Shown here one piece after another: positions 1 through 9,735 of a stretch of DNA of 64,000 nucleotides. The DNA comes from Verrucomicrobiota bacterium (GTDB lineage Bacteria; Verrucomicrobiota; Verrucomicrobiia; Limisphaerales; AAA164-E04). Under the pieces are notes generated by a model. The model did not search any database and was not told the DNA's origin. It saw only the letters and a program-made list of their open reading frames with translations. Position 1 is the stretch's first letter, and every line of letters starts with the position of its first letter. Made by a program: the position numbers and the translations under genes. Location of the stretch: NCBI GenBank assembly GCA_047947115.1, contig CP170459.1:3936001-4000000 (forward strand). Reading direction: 5' to 3'.

Positions 1-7
1 GTGTTGA

Positions 8-2701
8 ATGTCTCAAACTCCCAGGATAATCCAGATCATGATTTCGTATGTTTGTCTCAACAGCCGGATCTACAGGTGGTTTGCAGCCTGTCTGATGTTT
101 TTTTCGGCGCTGTCTTTTCCAATGTTTGCAGTGGAATCGGCCGTGAAGGAATCCCGCGCACTCACCTTCGAACGGGATGTGCGTCCCATTTTCAAGGCGA
201 TGTGTTTTCATTGCCATGGCGAGGACGATATCAAGAAAGGTGATTTGGACGTCCGTCTGGTGCGTTTGTTGAAGCAGGGTGGCGAATCAGGGGAGGTCAT
301 CTCACCCGGCGCCCCGGACAAGAGTCTTTTATGGGACCGCATCAGGACGGATGAAATGCCTGATGGTGAAAAGAAGCTGACGCAGAAGGAAAAAAACATC
401 ATCTTTCAGTGGATTCAACAGGGCGCACAAACCGCCCGTCCGGAGCCGGAGAATGTTGAGGACGCGAGGTATACTTTTGAAGAACTCAACCATTGGTCGT
501 TCAAGCCTGTTTCCAGACCGAACATCCCCAGATCAAACCATTCGGCAAGCGAGCATCCAATTGACGCCTTCATTCAGGAAAAACTGGAGCAAAAAGGAGT
601 GGGTTTTTCGGTTGAAGCAGATAAACGCACCTTGATCAGGCGTTTGAGTTACGATTTGAGAGGTTTGCCACCGCTCCCTTCCGAAATAGACGCTTTCCTT
701 GGAGATGAAAGTGCCGAAGCATGGGGGAAGCTGGTTGATCAGTATCTGGCTTCCGCTCAATTTGGTGAACGGTGGGCCCGGTATTGGCTGGACGCCGCTG
801 GCTATGCTGAGAGTGATGGAGGCACATTGAACGATCCGGTTCGCCCATATGCGTGGCGTTTCAGAGATTACGTCGTGCAATCTTTCAATCAAAACAAACC
901 GATCGATGAGTTTTTCATGGAACAATTGGCAGGGGATGAATTGATTGATGGAGAGATTGATATCTTCAATCCCCGGCATGAAGAACTGCTTGCCGCAACC
1001 GGGTTCCTCCAAATGGCCCCTGATGCCACCCGGACAAGCAATACCCTGATGGATCGCAACAACGCGGTGGCGGAGTCATTGAAAGTTGTCAGTTCCGCCA
1101 TGTTGGGTCTTACGGTAGGATGCGCTCAGTGTCATGATCACAAGTACGACCCTATTGGCATTGATGATTACTACCGGTTCAGAGCCTTTTTTGACCCCGC
1201 ATTTCCCTTGGAGAAGTGGCGCACCCATGATGCGAGGTTGGTGGATCTGACTCAACCCGATGTGATGGAGGAAATTGATCGGATTGAAGCCGAAGCCAAA
1301 AAACTGGAAGACGACATCAAAGCTCGACGCGAGCAGGTGGCTTTGGAAATTCAGGAGAAAAAACTGGCGGACGTACCCGAAGAATTCCGTGAATTGCTGA
1401 GAGATGCAGTCCGCCATCCTCAGAAAGAGCGAAACGACCAACAAAAGGAATTACTGGACGTTTATCCCATGGTGAAACCTACCTCCACCATCATCGGACT
1501 TCTGGTCGAATATGACGCACCCTCGTACCGAAAATTTGAAAAGGAATTCGAGAAGGTAGCCGCCATCCGAGCCGCCAAACCAGCCCGGAAAATGATCCTC
1601 GCCACGACCGAACAACCAGGCCAGATACCGGTCAGCAAGGTGTTTTTCCGGGGGAACCCAGAAAGCCCTGATAAAACAGTTCACCCCGGTGAACTGACCG
1701 CGCTCAGAATGAATGGCCTGGAAGCCAACTTCACAGCAGATGACCCGGATCTCAAAACCACCGGACGCCGACTGGCTTTTGCCCGGCATATCACCAGTGG
1801 AGAACATCCACTGACAGCTCGAGTCTTTGTGAATCGCGTCTGGATGCATCTGCTTGGAAGAGGAATCGTCACAACACCTGGAGATTTTGGAATTTCTGGC
1901 GAGCTTCCATCGCACCCTGAACTCCTCGACTGGTTGGCCAGGGATTTTATGGAACACGGATGGGATCAAAAACGATTGATCCGACAAATCCTGATTTCCA
2001 GAACCTATCGGCAGACTTCCGTGCATCGACCCGAGCTGCATCACATTGATCCTGAAAACAGCTTATTTGGCCGGGCCAACATGAAACGCCTGGATGCCGA
2101 ATCGTTACGAGACACCTTGTTGGCGGTGTCGGGACTGATGAGCACCGAACTTGGAGGGGCCAGTCTGCCGGTCACGGAAAATCCCGAAGGAAAGACCGTC
2201 ATCGGTGTGCGGAAAATCAAGGATGGATTGAAAGCCGGTGTGGATGGAGGGCAGAATGGCATGCATAGGAGAAGTATCTACGTGCAGATGCAGCGAAACA
2301 AACCTTTGAATATGTTGGCCACATTTGATTTGCCCATCATGACCCCCAATTGTGAAGTGAGGCGGCACACAACCGTGGCGACCCAGTCTCTGTGGTTGAT
2401 GAACGATGATCAGATGATAGAATGGGCGCAATCATTGGCGACCGTCATTTGTCGGGAAAGTGAGGATCTGGACTGTTGGGTCCGCAGTTTATACGAGCGA
2501 CTTTTTGCGGATGAGCCCACCGCGGTGGAAATGGAACTTTGCCAATCCTTCTTCCATGAACAGGCCGAGCATTTTCAAAAAGATCCGGATGAAACTTGGC
2601 AGAAGGCCCTGAAGGAGCATCCTGACAAAGTTCAGCAACGCGCACTTGCCGCCCTGGGACAAACACTCCTGGCCTCGAATCGATTTTTGTACATCGAATA
2701 A
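8..2701 (+). CDS. PSD1/planctomycete cytochrome c domain protein (PSCyt1 + DUF1549 + DUF1553-like)
   Basis: CxxCH motifs CFHCH and CAQCHDHKYDP; typical motifs HWSFKP, HPIDAFI, GERWARYWLD, ARVFVNRVW, PSHPELLDWLA; true start may be slightly downstream. Confidence 0.9.
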   Translation: MSQTPRIIQIMISYVCLNSRIYRWFAACLMFFSALSFPMFAVESAVKESRALTFERDVRPIFKAMCFHCHGEDDIKKGDLDVRLVRLLKQGGESGEVISPGAPDKSLLWDRIRTDEMPDGEKKLTQKEKNIIFQWIQQGAQTARPEPENVEDARYTFEELNHWSFKPVSRPNIPRSNHSASEHPIDAFIQEKLEQKGVGFSVEADKRTLIRRLSYDLRGLPPLPSEIDAFLGDESAEAWGKLVDQYLASAQFGERWARYWLDAAGYAESDGGTLNDPVRPYAWRFRDYVVQSFNQNKPIDEFFMEQLAGDELIDGEIDIFNPRHEELLAATGFLQMAPDATRTSNTLMDRNNAVAESLKVVSSAMLGLTVGCAQCHDHKYDPIGIDDYYRFRAFFDPAFPLEKWRTHDARLVDLTQPDVMEEIDRIEAEAKKLEDDIKARREQVALEIQEKKLADVPEEFRELLRDAVRHPQKERNDQQKELLDVYPMVKPTSTIIGLLVEYDAPSYRKFEKEFEKVAAIRAAKPARKMILATTEQPGQIPVSKVFFRGNPESPDKTVHPGELTALRMNGLEANFTADDPDLKTTGRRLAFARHITSGEHPLTARVFVNRVWMHLLGRGIVTTPGDFGISGELPSHPELLDWLARDFMEHGWDQKRLIRQILISRTYRQTSVHRPELHHIDPENSLFGRANMKRLDAESLRDTLLAVSGLMSTELGGASLPVTENPEGKTVIGVRKIKDGLKAGVDGGQNGMHRRSIYVQMQRNKPLNMLATFDLPIMTPNCEVRRHTTVATQSLWLMNDDQMIEWAQSLATVICRESEDLDCWVRSLYERLFADEPTAVEMELCQSFFHEQAEHFQKDPDETWQKALKEHPDKVQQRALAALGQTLLASNRFLYIE

Positions 2702-2904
2702 AGCAGACGCCGGATGGAAGGCATCTCCAATGAGTTTCGTCGCCTGGTTCCGGTTTTATTGCAAGCCCCCGGGGGGCGATTTTGCGCGCAGTAAATTTTT
2801 TTCAAATATATGGACCGCGTGCTTGCATTCGATCTTGCTTATAGCCATTCTCCAGCGAGGTGGCGCCTTCTTTTTACACACGCCCCTTATAGATCATATT
2901 GAAC

Positions 2905-4944
2905 ATGAGCAAACCTGACGCAACACCAAAGCTTGATTTGGATTTGGAATCGGCCTTCTTGCCGGCTTGGGCACAAAAATCTGCAGAAGAAAACCCTTAC
3001 TCCAAGTACGAAGGACGAGACAGAGATTTTGATTCTGGTGACAGAAGAGGAAGACAACGCCGAGATGATTTCGGGGGGCCACCCCGTCGACGCGATAAAA
3101 ACAGTCCACAGGGCAGGGGGCGACAGGATGGAGGAGCCCGGCGCGATCAGGGAGATCGCCGTGGGCCTCGTGAAGGCGGTGCCGGCACTGCTCCTGGAAA
3201 TGGGGATCGCACACAGCAGCGCAACCGTCCCCAGGGCGCAAGAGGTCAGGGACGCAATTTTCAGGGTAAAGGAGGACCACGACGTGATCGTCCCCGTCGA
3301 AGCCGTCAGGAAATCCTGGCTTCCTTACCCCAGCTCAAGACTCAAATCATTCCCGAGGCCAAAGGCGTGGCGTTACTGGCCAGACGCATTCGCTTGCAGG
3401 GAAGAGCTTATCCATTGTTTGATATTGCCGGACTGATTCTTCAGAGTCCTGATCGATATCAGATTCGTTTTACCACCCAAAACGCGCCGAAGGACCAGCC
3501 TCAGCAAAAAATCTGGCTATGCAAGATTGACAGCACCGTGTGGCTTGATGAGTCCGAAGCGATCCAGCACATTCTCCAGAAATATCTGGAAAATTACTAT
3601 TCCTCGGAACGGACAGAGGCCGAACCGCCTAAGGGTAACTTCAGTTTTGTTGCTCAGTGTGGCATCTCAGGGATTGTGCTGGGACCCCCAAACTACCACG
3701 GATACCAGACCAAATTGCGGGAGGTTCATGGCGAACGATTTGCCCGGATGGATTTTGAACATTGGAAATCCAAAGTAAAAATCGTTCACGAAGAAGAAGT
3801 CGTTAAAAAATGGCTCGAAGAGCAGAGTTGGACCATCGAGTATGCCGATAAGGCTAACCCCGAAGCGGACAAGATCCACTCTTTGGAGGAAGTCGAATCA
3901 CATTTTCGAGAGCACCACCTTGCTGAAGCTTTGGAATGTGTGAATTCTACTCAGGTTTCAGGCGACCTTCAGAAGCAGGTTTGCAGACCGATTCGCGAAC
4001 TGATCCGATTCCATGTTGAGGATCAGAAGCGCTTTCCGTTGCAATTGGCAACCGAACTGAGCCAACAGTTTACCCGTCAAGGCCTGCAGTTTTTCAAGGT
4101 GAATAAAACCGTCACCCATGTGTCTGTTTCACGTCCACATTACTTGAACCTTGAAGCCACACCGGTATCTGAAACAGTCAAGAAAATCGTTCAGTTCATT
4201 GACGAAACACCAGACTGCACCCGCGCCAAAGTGATGGATGCCCTGGCTCCGGCTCCAGCGAAAGCTGAGACGGACATCAAAGCCACGGAGGAGGCTCCAG
4301 CCGCCATTGAGGTGCCCCCCATAGAGGAAGCGGCTCAAGCCCCCGCAATTTCCGACGGTCCTGAGACCGGTGCAGAGGCGGTTTCAGGCGAAACAGCGGC
4401 AAGTGAAGCAGCTGCCAGTGCCGAACCGGAAGTCAAGGAAAGCGAAGCAGTCAAGACTGAGCCATCCATGACTCCTCAGCAAGCAGCTGTATCGACCGAC
4501 CTTCATTGGCTGATTCACCAGGGTCATGTGATTGAGTTCTCCAACGGTAAAATGGAGACCGCTAAAAAGCCCAAGGAACAGCCTCCCAAGAAAAAGAGCA
4601 AACCCGCTGCTGAAAAGCCTGCCGCGAAAGAAACTGGAGAAGCCCAAGCTTCCACAGCCGAGGCGTCCGGAGCTGACAAAAGCTCTGAACCCACAGCGGA
4701 ATCAGTCGCTGGAGCGGCTCCTGAGCAGGAAGCCAGCGGAAGTCCCGAAACGGTTGAAGATGAGGTGAAAGCATTGTCGGAACCGGTATCCGCTGAAACT
4801 TCCACAGAAGAAGCCAAAACCGAGGAAGCAACACCCGTTGCTGCCGAAGAAGCGGCTGAAGCAGCAACGCCGGAACCGGAAAGCGCCTCCAATGTGGCAG
4901 AGCCTGAAGCTCCGTCCACCGAAGAGAAACCTTCCAATAGCTAG
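2905..4944 (+). CDS. Hypothetical protein with R/G-rich N-terminal and acidic A/E/P-rich C-terminal disordered regions
   Basis: Long ORF with a globular-looking core (GPPNYHGYQ, DLHWLIHQGHVIEF); stop is 2 nt before the purM start. Confidence 0.8.
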   Translation: MSKPDATPKLDLDLESAFLPAWAQKSAEENPYSKYEGRDRDFDSGDRRGRQRRDDFGGPPRRRDKNSPQGRGRQDGGARRDQGDRRGPREGGAGTAPGNGDRTQQRNRPQGARGQGRNFQGKGGPRRDRPRRSRQEILASLPQLKTQIIPEAKGVALLARRIRLQGRAYPLFDIAGLILQSPDRYQIRFTTQNAPKDQPQQKIWLCKIDSTVWLDESEAIQHILQKYLENYYSSERTEAEPPKGNFSFVAQCGISGIVLGPPNYHGYQTKLREVHGERFARMDFEHWKSKVKIVHEEEVVKKWLEEQSWTIEYADKANPEADKIHSLEEVESHFREHHLAEALECVNSTQVSGDLQKQVCRPIRELIRFHVEDQKRFPLQLATELSQQFTRQGLQFFKVNKTVTHVSVSRPHYLNLEATPVSETVKKIVQFIDETPDCTRAKVMDALAPAPAKAETDIKATEEAPAAIEVPPIEEAAQAPAISDGPETGAEAVSGETAASEAAASAEPEVKESEAVKTEPSMTPQQAAVSTDLHWLIHQGHVIEFSNGKMETAKKPKEQPPKKKSKPAAEKPAAKETGEAQASTAEASGADKSSEPTAESVAGAAPEQEASGSPETVEDEVKALSEPVSAETSTEEAKTEEATPVAAEEAAEAATPEPESASNVAEPEAPSTEEKPSNS

Positions 4945-4946
4945 AG

Positions 4947-6002
4947 ATGCCGCCAAAAAGTGCATACGCCAAAGCGGGTGTGGATATTGACCTGGGCAAC
5001 CAGGTCAAGCAGACACTACCGGAATTACTGGCATCCACGCACCGTCGCGAGGTGTTGGGAAAGGTCGGCGGATTTGGTGGTCTCTTTGCCGCAGGATTCA
5101 AGGGGTACAAAAACCCGGTTCTGGTATCCAGTGTCGACGGAGTGGGAACCAAATTGAAAGTCGCTTTCATGACCAAGCGGCACGACACCATCGGCGAGGA
5201 TTTGGTCAATCATTGCGTCAACGACATCCTTGTGTTGGGAGCTGAGCCACTTTTCTTTCTCGACTATGTTGGAGCTGGAGTTTTGAAGCCAAAAGTATTC
5301 GACTCCATCATTCGTGGTTTTGCGCGTGGGTGCAAAGCCAACGGATGTGCGCTCATCGGTGGGGAGACAGCCCAGATGCCCGGTTTCTATCAAGCGGATG
5401 AATATGATGTCAGCGGCACCATTGTCGGCGTGGTAGACAAAGGTTCGATGTTGGACGGCAAGAAAACCAAAGCCGGGGATGTGGTGATAGGGATTGCCTC
5501 CAATGGTCTTCATACCAACGGGTATTCACTGGCTCGCAACATTCTTTTTGATAAAGCCGGTTTGAAACCTTCGTCCAAGTTGGCAGATCTGGGATGCAGG
5601 GTCGGAGATGCCTTGCTGGCCGTCCACCTCAGCTATAACAAAGCGATTCAGCGATTGTTGAAACGGTTCAACGCCAAAGGTAAAACACCTGCCATTCAGG
5701 CTCTTGCACACATTACTGGCGGCGGGTTTCAGGACAATATCCCCAGAAACCTTCCAGCGAAACTGGATGTGCGGATTGAAAGGGGTTCCTGGGAAATTCC
5801 ACCTCTGTTCCAATACTTGCAGAGGGAAGGCAAGGTCAGCGAATCAGAAATGTTCCACGTCTTCAACATGGGAATCGGCATGACCCTGACGGTTCGTGCC
5901 AATCGCGCTGATGAAATTCTCAAGGCCTTGCGCCGAACCGAGCATTCTGCTTGGATCATTGGCGAGGTCGTCAAGGGAACCGGGACGGTCTCCCTGCATT
6001 AA
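4947..6002 (+). CDS. purM: Phosphoribosylformylglycinamidine cyclo-ligase (AIR synthetase)
   Basis: YAKAGVD, GGFGG, DGVGTK, GGETAQMPG, SNGLHTNGYSL, HITGGG, FNMGIG motifs. Confidence 0.97.
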   Translation: MPPKSAYAKAGVDIDLGNQVKQTLPELLASTHRREVLGKVGGFGGLFAAGFKGYKNPVLVSSVDGVGTKLKVAFMTKRHDTIGEDLVNHCVNDILVLGAEPLFFLDYVGAGVLKPKVFDSIIRGFARGCKANGCALIGGETAQMPGFYQADEYDVSGTIVGVVDKGSMLDGKKTKAGDVVIGIASNGLHTNGYSLARNILFDKAGLKPSSKLADLGCRVGDALLAVHLSYNKAIQRLLKRFNAKGKTPAIQALAHITGGGFQDNIPRNLPAKLDVRIERGSWEIPPLFQYLQREGKVSESEMFHVFNMGIGMTLTVRANRADEILKALRRTEHSAWIIGEVVKGTGTVSLH

Positions 6003-6077
6003 GCAGCCCCGGGATGTTCCTGCGCAGCGAACGAACTCGGACAAGGTTCTGTTTTGATGTTCTGAATTCCTTCAATG

Positions 6078-6122
6078 CCGCAGCGGGATGGTAGCGTGTT
6101 TCGCGTTCATCCCACGCTGCGG
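6078..6122. terminator. Stem-loop between convergent genes (possible bidirectional terminator)
   Basis: ccgcagcgggatg ... catcccacgctgcgg imperfect inverted repeat between purM and the convergent 6141-8336 gene. Confidence 0.45.
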
Positions 6123-6140
6123 AGGAAAAATTGAAAGGGT

Positions 6141-8336
6141 CTACTTCAGGAAGCCGTGGTATAATCCCATGTAATAGGGCAATAGGTAAACGGTCCCACT
6201 TGCCAGCACAGTCCCATTACCGCCGTAGTCCAATGTCCACGGATCGGTGTTCCAATGATTGAAGTGACGGTTTTCAATAGGCAGAACTTTTCCGTCGACA
6301 AGATAACCGCGAGCACGTTGATCGCGATCAAGCAAATCAATGGTGTTTGATTCGGGGAGGGGGACCAGGTCAAGACGATGGCTGTTCTGACTCGACCAAT
6401 TGAGCCGGTCCAGCGGGAATCCTTTCAATGTTAAGAGCGAATCCTCCAGCCAATCGGTTCCCGGATCGATGGAGTGACTTCCCCAGGGATCATTCACCTC
6501 ACGTCCCCGGGCATGAGCGGCGTAAGCGAAGTGGAAGAATGGGTTCATTTCCGGTGATTCGTTCAACCAGGCAGCATAGAATGATAACAGGATGCGGTCC
6601 TTCAGAGGGCCGTCCGGGGTGTAACGCAGCAGGTTGTAGTAACACATGAATGCCATCTCATCGTCCGATTGATTGCCTGATCCAATTCCCCGATGGATTT
6701 TGTAAATCAAGGCATTGGTATCGAATGCATGATCGCGTATCAACTCCTTCTGACGATCCAGGTAGCGTGTTTCCCCGGTGATATGCGCCGCCACCGCCAG
6801 ATAGGAAAGCATGCTCAGCGATTTCAAACCACGCTCCGCCCACCAGTTTGGATCATGGTTGACCGCTTCCGGCGAATAAACGCCCCAGCGTGTCACCGTC
6901 CCGGTATGATCGACAAGATTATAGCCGTGAACGATCAAGTGATCGGTCAGATCCCTGACAACATCCCGGACCGCTTCTCTTTGCCCTTCAGTTTCGGCTA
7001 CCAAATCATAGTACAAAGGATAGAAGAAATAATGACCGTCCAGTTCGTCTGAGCTGGTATCGCTTTTCCAGTACCATTGACCATCCTCGCTGATGGGCCA
7101 GCGGGGTTCATAAGCTTTCCAAAGCGAATCGTGTTCATCCCGTGATCGGATGTCCTGTTCCAACCGTCCCTCGTTCGGATCAGGCAATGAAGTCGACAGG
7201 ATGGTACGTGCCACATAGCCCTTGGGTGCCGGGTGGGATCCTGATTGAGTGACGGTTTGAAGGAATTGAAGTGCCTTGAATGCCTGGTGAGCGCGTTGTT
7301 TGGCTTGGGGATTTTCCGTAGCTGCATAATCAAAACACTCACCCGCACCATACATGGCGGTCCATAAACCATCATTGTCACTGTCGTGGTAGTGGATGCC
7401 ACTCTTGTCACCAGGTGACCCCAACGTCACTTCGGAAACATAACCGTAAGGGGTTCGTTTGATGTATTGCTCAATTTCCTTCTCGTACATTTCGGCCTTT
7501 TCAGCGAAGGTCATTGGAACCCGGCGAATCACGCCCACACCTTTTGAAGTTGCCACCCAGACATGACCTGAAGGATCTACGGTCAGATCGTGAACATCGT
7601 CATCAGGCAACCAGCGCTTTCCCTGGCGATAGGCCCATTTGCCGGCCTGCCACCTAATGAGTCCCTTTTTGGTTCCAAACCAGACCTCTCCATCGGGTCC
7701 GGCCGCAAACTGCGTGAAGTCATTGTAAGGCAAGCCATCATTCCCTTCGTAAAACTTCCACCCGTCCCCTGTGAAACATGCCAATCCTGCCAATGTGCCA
7801 AACCAAAGTTGTGATTGCTCATCCACGACCACACCGCGCACATCACTGGCTCCCCAGATCCTTCCCAAGCCGTCTGAAACGTTCCATGGTTCCAGGTGAT
7901 CACCTGATTGAATCAACAATCCATTCGAACTGCCCACCACCCATCTGCCATCTGCCAGTTGTGCTGATTGAGTTGTCTGAGCATCGGTAGTCCTGAGCAA
8001 TTTGTCGGGGATGCTGGAAACTTCAACATCCCGAAGCTCTGTAGTTATTTTTTCCCAGGCATCACCTGTCCATCGACACAACCCGGCATCAGTGATGACC
8101 GTCATTTGACCGTTCTCATTCAAATAAATGGAGTGCACCTCATTGGACGGAAGTCCATGGGTCACGTCATATGACGAAGCAATCTCCTGAGTGAACATAG
8201 CCGCTCCCTGCAAAGACACGGAGACAAGGCAGAGCCAGGCGGGGATCATCCCAAGGCGAATGGAAGGCAGATTCTTGCAACAACGGCGAAACATGAACGA
8301 AGAGCGGAAAGAACGTTGAATAGAATACATGAACAA
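6141..8336 (-). CDS. Secreted protein: N-terminal beta-propeller repeats (two-component-regulator propeller type) plus C-terminal alpha-helical, glycosidase-like domain
   Basis: GLPSNEV/GLPYND/WLPDDDV and WFGT repeats; C-terminal DSDNDGLWT and WKSDTSSDE acidic motifs; signal-peptide-like segment suggests the real start is somewhat downstream. Confidence 0.7.
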   Translation of the reverse strand: MFMYSIQRSFRSSFMFRRCCKNLPSIRLGMIPAWLCLVSVSLQGAAMFTQEIASSYDVTHGLPSNEVHSIYLNENGQMTVITDAGLCRWTGDAWEKITTELRDVEVSSIPDKLLRTTDAQTTQSAQLADGRWVVGSSNGLLIQSGDHLEPWNVSDGLGRIWGASDVRGVVVDEQSQLWFGTLAGLACFTGDGWKFYEGNDGLPYNDFTQFAAGPDGEVWFGTKKGLIRWQAGKWAYRQGKRWLPDDDVHDLTVDPSGHVWVATSKGVGVIRRVPMTFAEKAEMYEKEIEQYIKRTPYGYVSEVTLGSPGDKSGIHYHDSDNDGLWTAMYGAGECFDYAATENPQAKQRAHQAFKALQFLQTVTQSGSHPAPKGYVARTILSTSLPDPNEGRLEQDIRSRDEHDSLWKAYEPRWPISEDGQWYWKSDTSSDELDGHYFFYPLYYDLVAETEGQREAVRDVVRDLTDHLIVHGYNLVDHTGTVTRWGVYSPEAVNHDPNWWAERGLKSLSMLSYLAVAAHITGETRYLDRQKELIRDHAFDTNALIYKIHRGIGSGNQSDDEMAFMCYYNLLRYTPDGPLKDRILLSFYAAWLNESPEMNPFFHFAYAAHARGREVNDPWGSHSIDPGTDWLEDSLLTLKGFPLDRLNWSSQNSHRLDLVPLPESNTIDLLDRDQRARGYLVDGKVLPIENRHFNHWNTDPWTLDYGGNGTVLASGTVYLLPYYMGLYHGFLK

Positions 8337-8373
8337 ACTTTAAGCAGGCATGTTTATTTGTCCATTTGAAAGA

Positions 8374-8448
8374 TGGTGCGCGATACTGGGTTCGAACCAG
8401 TGACCCCCACAGTGTCAATGTGGTGCTCTACCACTGAGCTAACCGCGC
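8374..8448 (-). tRNA. tRNA-Val(GAC)
   Basis: Reverse complement GCGCGGTTAGCTCAGTGGTAGAGCACCACATTGACACTGTGGGGGTCACTGGTTCGAACCCAGTATCGCGCACCA forms a cloverleaf with anticodon GAC, TTCGAA T-loop and encoded CCA. Confidence 0.97.
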
Positions 8449-8562
8449 TTTAATCTTGCGGGTGGGTATTTATTCAGAGTATTTGATCATTTGGCAAGTC
8501 CTTTCCGTTGGAATTTTCATAGCTTTTTTCTAAAAAGTCTGCATGCTTTCTTTTCATTACCT

Positions 8563-9735
8563 ATGGATTCCTGTTCTCAGCGTATTGAAGATCACCCATC
8601 GATTCAACTGGCCAGTCAATTGATTGCCTGTCCGAGTATTTCCCCAGAGGATGCCGGGGCTCAACCCATTCTTCGTAACCGGCTGACAGCATGCGGTTTC
8701 AGAGTGAAGTCTCTTGATGTGGACGGGGTGACAAATACTTGGGCCGAGCATGGTGAGAAGGGCCCGTTGTTTGTGTTTGGTGTGCACGCAGATGTGGTTC
8801 CTTCCGGAGATGTTTCGGATTGGACTTCTCCCCCATTTGAACCGACCATTCGCGATGGCTTCCTTTACGGTCGCGGTGCAGCGGATATGAAAGGTCCTTT
8901 GGCCGCCTCGGTGATCGCTGCGGAAAATTTTATCAAAAAACACCTGGGTAATTCCCCAATGAGGGTGGGGTTTATCATTACGGGTGATGAAGAACCGGTC
9001 AATAATCACGGAACCCAGGATGTGCTGGATTGGCTGGCAAGTGAAGGAAAGACCATTGATTATTGTATCGTTACCGAACCCACATCGGCTTCCACATTCG
9101 GGGATACAGTCAAGGTTGGGCGCCGAGGTTCGATCAATGGTTTCCTAACGATTCATGGAAAACAAGGGCATGCCGCCTATCCTGAGCTGGCATTGAACCC
9201 TGTGCATCGGGGGTTGTGGGTATTGCATACTTTGGCGGAGCGTTTGTGGGATCCGGGTGATGCGCATTTTCCCGCGGCAGGATTCCAAATCACCAACGTC
9301 AAAGCGGGAACAGGAGCGGCCAATGTGATTCCCGGAAAGTTTGAAGTGCAGTTCAATATCCGACACGGCACCGGATTGACGGTGGAAGCCGTTGACAAGC
9401 TCGTCTCCGAGGCATTGTCCCAGGCTGGGTTGAGTTTTGACCTGAAGTGTGCCAGTGATGCACTGCCTTTCATGACCCGGCAGGGAAGGCTTGCTGATAT
9501 TTGTTGTGAGGTCATTCAGGAATACGCCGGCATCCAGCCTGCAAGGGCGACAGGCGGAGGGACTTCGGACGCTCGCTTCATCGCTCCTCATTGTGGTGAG
9601 CTGATTGAATTTGGGCTGGTTGGCGGAACCAGTCATCATGTGGACGAACATGTTTCCGCAGAGGATCTGATTCGCTTGACGGATGTGTATGAGAGAGTTT
9701 TGGATCGCCTTTCAGTCTCCATTGAAGGTGAGTAG
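8563..9735 (+). CDS. dapE: Succinyl-diaminopimelate desuccinylase (M20 family)
   Basis: HADVVP, GRGAADMKG, GDEE, EPT, GRRGS, QGHAAYP, GGTSDARF motifs; ATG at 8563 chosen as start. Confidence 0.85.
   Translation: MDSCSQRIEDHPSIQLASQLIACPSISPEDAGAQPILRNRLTACGFRVKSLDVDGVTNTWAEHGEKGPLFVFGVHADVVPSGDVSDWTSPPFEPTIRDGFLYGRGAADMKGPLAASVIAAENFIKKHLGNSPMRVGFIITGDEEPVNNHGTQDVLDWLASEGKTIDYCIVTEPTSASTFGDTVKVGRRGSINGFLTIHGKQGHAAYPELALNPVHRGLWVLHTLAERLWDPGDAHFPAAGFQITNVKAGTGAANVIPGKFEVQFNIRHGTGLTVEAVDKLVSEALSQAGLSFDLKCASDALPFMTRQGRLADICCEVIQEYAGIQPARATGGGTSDARFIAPHCGELIEFGLVGGTSHHVDEHVSAEDLIRLTDVYERVLDRLSVSIEGE

Noticed and set aside
8374..8448. tRNA-anchored genomic island or prophage
   Set aside because: No integrase and no duplicated tRNA 3' end seen in the window
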